Source of the DNA: Eledone cirrhosa
Lineage: Eukaryota
DNA: 64,000 nt
Assembly: GCA_964016885.1 (NCBI GenBank)
Contig: OZ024740.1
Coordinates: 160,890,001-160,954,000, forward strand
Reading direction: 5' to 3'
Shown in pieces: positions 54,776-64,000 of the stretch. The notes under the pieces were generated by a model. That model was given only the letters and a program-made list of their open reading frames with translations. It had not been told where the DNA came from and searched no databases. A program made the translations under genes and the position numbers. Numbering within the stretch: position 1 is the stretch's first letter; every line of letters starts with the position of its first letter.

Positions 54776-55508
54776 TATATTTATAGTAGATGTTGATTAA
54801 TGTAATTTTAGTATGAATAATTTATATAATGTGATTAAAATAACAGTAATTAAGATAGAAGTCATTGTAGATTAATGTAATCCCTGATGTTAATGAGCAG
54901 CAGCAATATTATCAACATTTGGTTTAGTTGCAGCTTTGCTAATCTTCCTGCTGTACTACTTCTATCTGTTTTCTATTATCCTTCAATCTTTTCATTCACT
55001 GCTTAGGATAATGGGAAAAGGGTGAAAAATATCTTGATTTTATTCGATGTCAAAGGAATTTTCATACTACGTTGTAACTCCATTTCATGCAATCATTGAT
55101 TTTCAAAAAGCATATTGACATCTTCATATTTTGTAATTCAATGATGATCTACTATGGGAGTTTTATCCAGTCAGGGATTTATTGTTTAACCCTTTTGGTA
55201 ACAACCCAATCAAAACCAACTCTGGTTTTATGAAACAGAACCACCCAATTTAAAGAGAATCTATATAACTAAAATCTTCCATTATTTCATAAAAATTTAT
55301 TTTTTTAATTATGTTACAAATGCTATCTTGATAATGAAATAATTAATTGTTTTAGTAAATCCTTTTATATATTTCATTAATTAATTGATATACTGTGCAT
55401 GTTACTAGAAATATCATAATGAAAGGGATAATCAAGTAAGTAAATCTTGTTTTAAAATCACGTCACTATCAATGTAGGCCAGAGAAAATTGCATTGAAAA
55501 TCTTATAG

Positions 55509-55648
55509 CAAGTTTGGACTAAAATTTCTACAGTGCCATCTGCCATCTGGCCTGCTATTCTACTTTGACCGCTGGCCACGTGATGATTCTTTCCCATTTT
55601 GAATTCATTTCTGGTGGCAATCACTGTAGAAATTTTAGTCCAAACTTG
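55509..55648. mobile_element. 140-bp MITE with 27-bp perfect TIRs
   Basis: caagtttggactaaaatttctacagtg ... cactgtagaaattttagtccaaacttg. AG on both flanks (possible 2-bp TSD). Confidence 0.7.
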
Positions 55649-55652
55649 AGGG

Positions 55653-55720
55653 AGTCTCTTGATAATACCAGGATTGGACATATCCACTAAGTATGAGCGA
55701 AACTATCGATAGTCGGGACT
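55653..55720 (+). ncRNA. Hammerhead motif with U3-A8 core
   Basis: agtctc-TTGATAA-tac..tgga.cata.tcca..gta.tgagc-GAAAC-tatcgata-GTC-gggact. 6-bp stem I, palindromic stem III. The base of stem II looks deleted. Confidence 0.6.
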
Positions 55721-55762
55721 AGAAGAATTTTGATGAAGTTTATATGCATTTTTTCTTCAATC

Positions 55763-55975
55763 TTACATTTTAGACTTAGCTCCGTTTAATTGATTATTTG
55801 TCTAATTCATTTCTACGGGTTAAGAAGAAAGACTAGGTAAATTGTATCCTCCTCGCGGAGGATTGTCTGTGTCATTTGTCTGTTATTTCTTCGGAGTTAC
55901 ATTTTAAACTTAGCTCCGTTTAAATGATTATTTATCTAGTTGATTTCTACGGACTGGGAGAAGAAAAATTGGGTA
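55763..55975. repeat. ~75-bp direct repeat, ~134-bp period
   Basis: ttacatttta(g/a)acttagctccgtttaa.tgattattt.tcta.tt.atttctacgg occurs twice, downstream of the HHR. Confidence 0.75.
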
Positions 55976-56319
55976 TATTTTATTTTATCTAACTGTTCTT
56001 CAAACTTACAATTTTATATATATATATATAGGTACTAGTATCGGTTTATTTTGCCCTGAGATGCTATAGGCCATGATGGCTACCTATCTCACAATTTCCC
56101 TCCCGCAACCATAGCCTATTCAACCAATCAAACCTCAGCATGTCCACCCACTCCCACCAAACTCTGCCATTACTACTACTACCTACCTCTCTCCTCACCC
56201 ATTCCAGCCCCAACAAACCCTGCCATTATTACCACCACCACTGTTCTTCTAGCCCTGAATTGTCCTACCGTTGTGTATGGATGAGGTGAGAATAAATGGA
56301 GCAGCCCCGAATTAATAAA

Positions 56320-59105
56320 TGAAAATTAATATGAATCCGCGAGCTACCAAGCACCCATGCGAAGCTTCAATTCAGAGACAGAAAGCATACACACACCCCT
56401 GCGAAAATCTACCCTTTCCCACAAATGTTGACAAATGCCCAAAACTCCGAGTTGGAACCATCAATGTAAGCACAATGAAAAGAAGAGCAGGAGAAATCGT
56501 AGAGATGCTAGAGCGAAAGGAAATTGATGTATGCTGTGTGCAAGAGACTAGATGGAGAGGAGAGTCTGCTAGAGTCCTTGTAGGAAAAAGTCAGTTCTAC
56601 AAATTTTTCTGGGTGGGAAATGACGATGGGATGGGTGATGTAGGGATCCTACTAGCTGACAAGTGGGTAGATAAGGTAATCTCAGTGAACAGGGTGAATT
56701 CAAGAATCATTAAACTCAGACTAGTACTGAATAAAACAATTAGCACAATAATATAAGCTTATTCACCCCAATCGGCGTTGTCAGACGAACGTAAGGATAG
56801 GTTTTACGAGTCCCTAATGCACACTACTGCTCTAACAAATGACTATGACTTCCTAATCATTGCAGGAGATTTTAACCGACACGTAGGTAAACACCGTGAC
56901 TGCTTCTATAGAGTCCAAGGAGGACATGGTATTGGCACAAGAAATGAAGAAGGCTTCAGGCTTCTAGAATTCTGTGATGCCAATGAGATGTCGATATGTA
57001 ACACAAACTTCAAAAAGCCCGACAACCACCTGATCACCTATAGATCAGGGGAGCATTCTAGTCAGATACATTTTATCCTCATCAGAGGGCGTGACAGATG
57101 GACGGTTGTAAATACAAAAGCTTCCATAGTGAGGAATGTACCTCCCAACATAATATAGTTATCAGCGACCTCACGGTCAGAACTAGACGAACCTGGAAAC
57201 AGAAGCCAACCTGGAGAAGATAGATCTGGAAGCTGAAAGACCCCTCAGCCAGTAACAGATTTAAAGATATTTTACTCAACGCCTATGACAGTAAAGAAGA
57301 TCAGATAGGGACATTCAATGTAGAAGAGCACTGGGAGTTCCTAAAAAATAACTTACTAAAGGAGATTGATGAGATCTGTGGCTGGAGTAAGCCCACAGGC
57401 AGGAGGAGAGTGACTTGGTGGTGGAACAATAAGGTAGATGAGGCAGTTAACGCCAAGAGACAGGCTTGGAAAGAATGGAATAATGGGGGAAGCAGGGTAC
57501 ATTACATAGAGACCAGGAGGGAAGCTAGGCGACAAGTATACTTAGCTAGGGGGGAAGCAGAGGATAGAAAATTAAAGCATGTTTTGCAATGTGAGGACCA
57601 GAAACAGGAGGTGTTCAAGATTGCGAGGCAGTGTGTCAGAGAGAATTGTGATGTCATTGGAGAGAAGTGTATCCGGAATGATAAAGGTGAGCTTGCCCTC
57701 ACAAGTGCTGAAAAGAAAGATGCGTGGAAGAGCTATTATGATAGATTACTAAATGAGGAGAATGCATGGGAAGAAGAGACCCTACCCCAATTAGACCCTA
57801 TAGAGGGACCAGCAGTACAAGTCAGCATCAGTGTAGTAAGTAAGTCAATCAAAGTTATGAAGACGGGGAAGGCAACCGGTCCATCGTGTATAGCTGCTGG
57901 GATGCTGAAAGCATCTGGGTCGCTAAGTCATAACATAACCACACGTATTGTTAACCAGGTAATACTAGAAGGTGTTATACCAAAGGATTGGTGTAGTAGC
58001 ATCATTGTCAACTGCTACAAAGGTAAAGGTGATGCACTAGATAGAGGAAACTATAGAGGTATAAAGCTGATGGACCAGGTCATGAAAGTAACAGAAAGAG
58101 TTATAGCACAGTTGATTAGGGACCGGGTGAAACTAGATGAGATGCAATTTGGGTTTGTGCCAGGAAGGGGCACCACTGATGCCCTCTTCCTTGTGAGGCA
58201 GTTACAGAAAAAGTACCTAGCTAAATGTAAGCCACTCTATCTGGCATTCGTCGATCTCGAGAAAGCATTTGACATAGTTCTCCGTGCTATAATCTGGTGG
58301 GCTCTTAGAAAACTAGGAGTAGATGAATGGCTTGTGAAAGCTGTACAAGTTATGTATATGGGAGAAGTCAGCAAAGTTAGGATTAGCAAAGATTATAGCG
58401 AGGAATTTAGCGTACAGGTCGGTGTCCACCAGGGCTCAGTTCTTAGCTTCTCCTGTTCATCATAGTCCTGCAGGCAATAATGGGGGAGTTTAAGACCGGA
58501 TGCCCATGGGAACTCCTGTATGCAGATGACCTCACACTTATAGCTGAATCTATAGTAGAACTAGAGAAGAATTTCCAAACTTGGGAACAGGGACTAGAAA
58601 GAAAGGGTTTCAAAGTCAACCTGCCAAAGACTAAGCTCCTTGTAAGTAGATGAGAAAACAGAACCCAGATCTCCTCAGTGAAATGGCCTTGTTCAGTGTG
58701 TAGGAAAGGTGTAGGTAGGAACTCCATTCTCCGGCCCAAATGCAAACAATGGGTACACAAGAGATATAGCGGGATCTCAGGAAGCTTAACTAAGAATGTA
58801 GGCTTCACATGTAGCAGGTGTTCTGGGACAGCAAGCACCAAACAGCCACAGAAAACAAGTACCACCAAACTCTGGGAGGGCTCTGTAGAAACAGTAGACA
58901 GCTTCTGCTACCTAGGTGACCGAATTAGCAGTGGAGGTGGGTGTTCAGAAAGTACAATAACTAGGGTAAGAACGGGATGGAAGAAGTTCAGGGAGCTACT
59001 GCCACTGCTAGCTGCAAAAGGTTTTTCCCTAAAAATGAAAGGCAGACTGTATGATGCGTGTATCCGAACATCAATGTTACATGGTAGTGAGACCTGGGCG
59101 CTGTC
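56320..59105 (+). mobile_element. RTE-clade LINE (APE plus RT plus PHD-like Cys insert), pseudogenised and 3'-truncated
   Basis: GTINV, VCCVQETRW, AGDFN; YRGIKL, QFGF, FVDLEKAFD, GVHQGSVL, YADDL; CxxC..CxxWVHKR..CxxC; YLG, GSETW. Several stops and frameshifts. Confidence 0.92.
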
Positions 59106-59449
59106 CATCCATTTTGGCATGGGTTTTTTGACTAGACGATATTATTAAAGCTATCCACTTTACAGCATGCACAGGGTTAAAACAAAGCCCTGAAAGTTAC
59201 TTCTCTGAGTGCATTTGCAAATATAGAATTCTATGTAGAGTATATATTTGCAAAGGTTTGTAGAGGGAAGCGATTTTTGGTACTTATATTGCCCCGCAGA
59301 TTTATCGATTACATTTATTGTTTTAATATTTTCTTTCAATCATTAGACTGCAACCATGCTAGGGGCATAGCCTTAAAGGAAACATTTCATGATTATATTG
59401 TTAATACTTTGAAAAAAATGTTTTCCAATGTCAAGGTGTCATAAATCTT

Positions 59450-60050
59450 ACATTTCTTCTGTTTAATAAGTTAACTGTTGTTTTTAATATAGTGTATTTT
59501 TCTGCAATATATAGGTTCCAACTTTTCCAATAATGCTCCATTTTATTAGTATGTTATTGATTCTTCTACCTTTGGGCTTTTAGAAATATTGGGACAGTAG
59601 TGTCAAACTGATTCTGTCTCTAGATTTGAAGAACTGTATATGCTCTGTAAACCAGGTTTTGAAAGTGTTATCTCTTTAAAAATCCCATATCAGCAATTTT
59701 GATATTGTCTACTGCAATTAATATGGATTTATGTATAAGCATCTTTAAGGTATATTCCATGGAGTGTGTAGCTTCATGTAATTCTACAGTGTATTGAGAC
59801 TATTTTGTTCGTTTGTATTCGTTTTTTCTTTTGTGTCATCGTGGTAAATATGTCATTATGTAAGCATCTGTAGCTACTGTTTACATCGTCTTTATTAAAT
59901 ATCTTGTGATAAATGTGGGTTAGGTAGAAAATCTTTAGGCCTCGGTCACATGAGGTTTTTTTATATTTAAATGAGATTCTAGCATGTAATTTTTCCCTCT
60001 CTGGGTTTAATGCCTTTTTTGTGTAGGTTTTGTCTACCACTAAATTCAGT
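59450..60050 (-). mobile_element. Highly decayed Naiad-type PLE fragment
   Basis: HIYHKIFNKDDVNSSYRCLHN aligns with NRYHSILNKNVVKLSYSTTPN of the 22-kb element. Confidence 0.5.
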
Positions 60051-61611
60051 CCTTGCTAACTCTGCACTATAATGTTAAAGAAAATACACACACAATACAC
60101 AAACATCCACATATAGCACTGATGTAGTCAAGAGGTGTTCTGTCCAGGATGCTCCATTTAATGCTGAGGATACTATGCCATTCTTCATTGAATATACAGA
60201 TGAAACATAACAGAGAGGTGGAATTTTACTTTTTCCTCTACTTAATGGAGAACACATGCTTGGTAAATTGATGACTTATCATCATTATTAATTTATATTC
60301 ATATTTCACATGCTGCCATGGGTTAGACACATGAAATATGAATTACAAATTTCCAGTCAATATGTTTGTTGTGATGTGAATCCCATCCTATCTATGTGTT
60401 TTTGTCAATAGTAAATAATGTTGTATTATATCTTTATGTGATTTGATTTGCTATTGATATGATAAATCGTTAATCTATTTTAGTTTATAGTTCAGTAAAC
60501 AACTATCAAAGGAGAGAGGCAAATATGGAAGCATATATATATATAGCCGAGTTGTATTTTAAGCTGTCATTATATCACAGCTACTTCAGTAACTGTGTAA
60601 GAATGTGGTATGCAAGTATTTCAGGATCATTAATCTATCTTCAATCGATGCATGATTATTATAGTACTGAGGCACAGAAGCTAATAAATAGCATCTTAAA
60701 TATAGAGCTTTTAAATAAATCATTATTGATGATGCCATATTTACATATAGTGCAAGCTTCCAATGCTAGTATTAATTAACAATAGCTTCAATACAGCATG
60801 ATTCAAAATAGAGACCTATATAAAAGCATGTTTATGTGTGTGTGTAAGAGGTATCAATGTTCAACTCATTGATCATGCATTCAATTCCTGGTGACATGTT
60901 GTGTCCTTGAACAAGACACTTTATTCTATGTTGCTCCTGTCTGTTTAGCTAGAAAAAAAGGAGTTGTAGCTGAAGTTCAATGCACCAGCCTTGTCATATA
61001 CTGTTCCATTCTGGATCTCCATGAGAATTACATTAAGGGCGTGCAAGTTGATGGAATGATGAGCCTCATACATTTTTATCTCAGGAGAAGGCTACACTAT
61101 TGAGCAAATAATTGGAACACTAATCATCAAGACCGGTGGAGATCCAACACGTGTGTAAACTTAGGAAAACCAACAAAGATAGGACAAGATAATGAAAGAA
61201 AACAAGGCAAAACGAAAAACAATTATTTTAAGGGTAAAGCTTAAAAAATAATTTTTTGAAAATAAAAACCCAAACGAAAGACACAGAACTCCAGGGCCAT
61301 TGGCTGTTAAGATGAACTTTGGCAGTTTAAACATCTACCAACTATACTGCTGGGGTCACAGCATCTGACATGAGTCAAAGTGTTGTCTCATGGAATAAGA
61401 TAAGAGGCATCCAGCCAGAATACCCCTGCTTGAAACATGCAAAGTATAACAAATATGACTCTCACTAATTGCATCTGAGACTTGCAGAGGAGATGATGAA
61501 GGAACGCAATGAGTGAAAAGAAGCCGTACTGAGAATGATCAGTCCAACCCAAGCAAACACAGAAAAATGGACATAAAAATGATGATGATATATATGTGTG
61601 TGTATGTGTAC

Positions 61612-61662
<51 letters not shown>

Positions 61663-61664
61663 TA

Positions 61665-61721
<57 letters not shown>

Positions 61722-61724
<3 letters not shown>

Positions 61725-64000
61725 TAAAAAGGAAAAGAAAATGCTGACAATTTTTTCCCAGTGAAAAATAGTTTAATTAGGAATAAGTATAAATTATTAA
61801 TAATTATTAGTTAGTATTCAGTTTTAGTTTTAAGTTTTTACCGGTTGCGCATTTGTTATGCTTTTCAAAAATAATTTTGAGATAGAGCGCTGGTGATTTT
61901 TGCTCTAATCTGATCAGTTTTGGAAATTCTTCCTGTTTTATGTGGAAAAAGTGGCTTGGGTGGTATTAAGATTTGGTTGTTGAATGTCACGTGAATAAGC
62001 ACTATAAATTTTGCGCCAATTCATGTTGCAAAAATTCTTGTAGTCAAAACAATTTTGATTGGTCAGTAGAAGTCACGTGAATGTTTAAATTGATTTTAGC
62101 ACGAACTGGTTTCGCGCCAAATGTAGGTTTGTCGAATAGTGTCCGTTTCCGCTTGATTGAGTTGCAGTCATGTTGAGAGGTCAACAGTTCAGGTGTCTAT
62201 TAAGACAATTATATGTGAGTGTGGAGGGGGGGTTATTTTAACATGTTGAGACATATTTTTCAGCACTTGTCTTATACGGAGAAGTGTGTGTGTGTGTCTG
62301 TCTGTATGTTAGTGTTCAAGCGTGTGTGTGTGTGTGGATGGACCAGTATTTTTGTGGTACTGGTAAAAATGGGGTACATTATTCGATATTTTCAGTCATT
62401 TGCAAAAACGATTCTCTCAAAAAAACATTAATAACATCAGTAATAAAAGAGGTGTATAAATGATGTATAATATTATCATAACAACAAGGCGTGTGTGAGT
62501 GCAGATTGTACGTGCTGCAAGTGGAATACATTAGTCCCTGTCGTATGGGATACTTGTGTACAAATATGTATGCACCAATCAATGTGCAATACATGTGTGT
62601 GTATGTGTGCGTGTCGGCACATGTATATCTATAAACATCAAAAGGTATGCGAAGTTGTGTATATTTGTGTTGCACCATAGAACATGTGTGTTTACGTATG
62701 TCATTGTGTTTATATGTGGATAGAAATGTATGTAGGATGTATGCTGATGTAGGTATGTATGTCAATGTGTGTATGTTGTGGGTTCGTCTTAGGAAGAAGT
62801 GTTTAGATGGGGTCCGTATTTGTTAATAAAGTGAGATTCCTTGCTGATGCGCCTGGTGTGGGTGGCATTATCTTTAAATTTGTAGAGGGAAAAGATTCTA
62901 AAGTTGGGATGATTTGGGGCGGCATAGGTATCACTGAGTTCACTCTGCTATTTTTCTGTATTCCTGTATTTTGATTTGGGATCTATGGACAGTCATGCGT
63001 TGGCGGAGGCTGTTTTTAGTCTGGTCTATGTATTGTTCTCGACAACCTGAGCAAGTTAATACATATATTAGGTTTTCTGGTGCGCATGTGAAATTGTGTT
63101 TTACTATAAAACATTGTCCTTCTTTGAAATAGAATTCCGAACCCTCTATTAGGCTGAAATAGAATTCCGAACCCTCTATCGCATTGTTTTACTGTGGTTT
63201 TCATTGTTGTGGTTGGCAGTACTTTGGCATGTGTTAGGATGTTTTTCATTTACTTAGATTGTCTTTTACTCTTTATGTTATCGTGTGTTCGAAGGATTTG
63301 GTTCATTCTATGGTCCTTTTTTAATACAGGGATGTTCTGGAGGATGGTGTCAAAGGCCTCATTGTTGATGGGGTTGTGTGTGGAGATGTATGGAAGAGCT
63401 TTTAGTTTCGGTTGATTAACTTTAGAGTGTCTAAGGTCCTGGGTACTGAGTTTTAGGGCACGTTGGATTCCATTGTCAATTAGTGATGCAGGGTAGTCCG
63501 TGCTTATGAGTATGTCCTTTAGTTCTTGTAGACGTAAGTAACAGGTGTTTATATTGGAAACTATAGTACAGATTCTCTTGGGTAAGTTGTAGGGAATATT
63601 AATTTTAACGTGTCTAGGGTGGCATGAATTGAAAGGAAGATATTGCTTGGAGTATATGTCTGGGCTTGTAGTATATGTATGTTTCTATTTTTTTGTTATG
63701 AATCTTAATGAGGATGTCGAGGAAGGGGAGTTATTGATGGCTGTATTCCATTGTAAAATTAATATTCATGTTGAGCCCATTTATAAGGGTGTGAAATTCT
63801 TTAAGTTTCTCGATGTTTTCGTGCCAAAGGATGATGCAGTCATCAAGATATCTCTTCCAGTTGTTTTCTATGTGTAAGTGGAGAATGTTTCCAAATTCGT
63901 TTAGTACTTTAGTGTAGAGGGTGATTTCCAGGTATCCCATGACTAGGTTGGCATAAGTAGGGGCTGTTTTCGTTCCCATAGCGGTCCCAGATTTCTGCAT
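61722..64000 (-). mobile_element. Third PLE family (RT plus GIY-YIG, decayed), running off the window end
   Basis: GTAMGTKTAPTYANL, WKRYLDDC, LPFLD, QYLPFNSCHPRH; GIY-YIG-like NLIYVLTCSGCREQYI..R..H near 62980-63080. ~1-kb 3' UTR ending at (TA)n. Confidence 0.88.
61835..61874 (-). ncRNA. Degenerate hammerhead motif (U3-A8 type) in the PLE 3' UTR
   Basis: Minus strand: TTGAAAA-gcat-aacaa-atgc-GCAAC-cg-GTA-aaaa. GAAA is mutated to GCAA. Confidence 0.45.

Overview
AT-rich, repeat-dense animal DNA, probably intronic or intergenic. The SINE/LINE content and (TA)n density resemble a coleoid cephalopod such as Octopus; this is an inference. No complete host gene is visible, only one credible 102-nt exon. 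Most ORFs in the track are microsatellite artefacts. The main structure is a ~7.7-kb head-to-head palindrome (19760-27466) of a Penelope-like element (PLE, Naiad-type RT plus GIY-YIG), with ~3.37-kb near-identical arms around a 960-bp unique RT core. At least four smaller, sequence-unrelated palindromes share this architecture: a hammerhead ribozyme (HHR) motif near each outer end, (TA)n flanks, and a 3' tail on one arm only. About 11 different type-I HHR motifs (~16 copies) were read by eye, including U3-A8 compensatory and C4 core variants. Also present: other decayed PLEs, RTE LINEs (two with twin-priming-type inversions), an R4/Dong-like remnant, tRNA-derived SINEs, a non-autonomous Helitron with a reconstructable empty site, and MITE-like elements. 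Coordinates were counted manually and may be off by a few bases.
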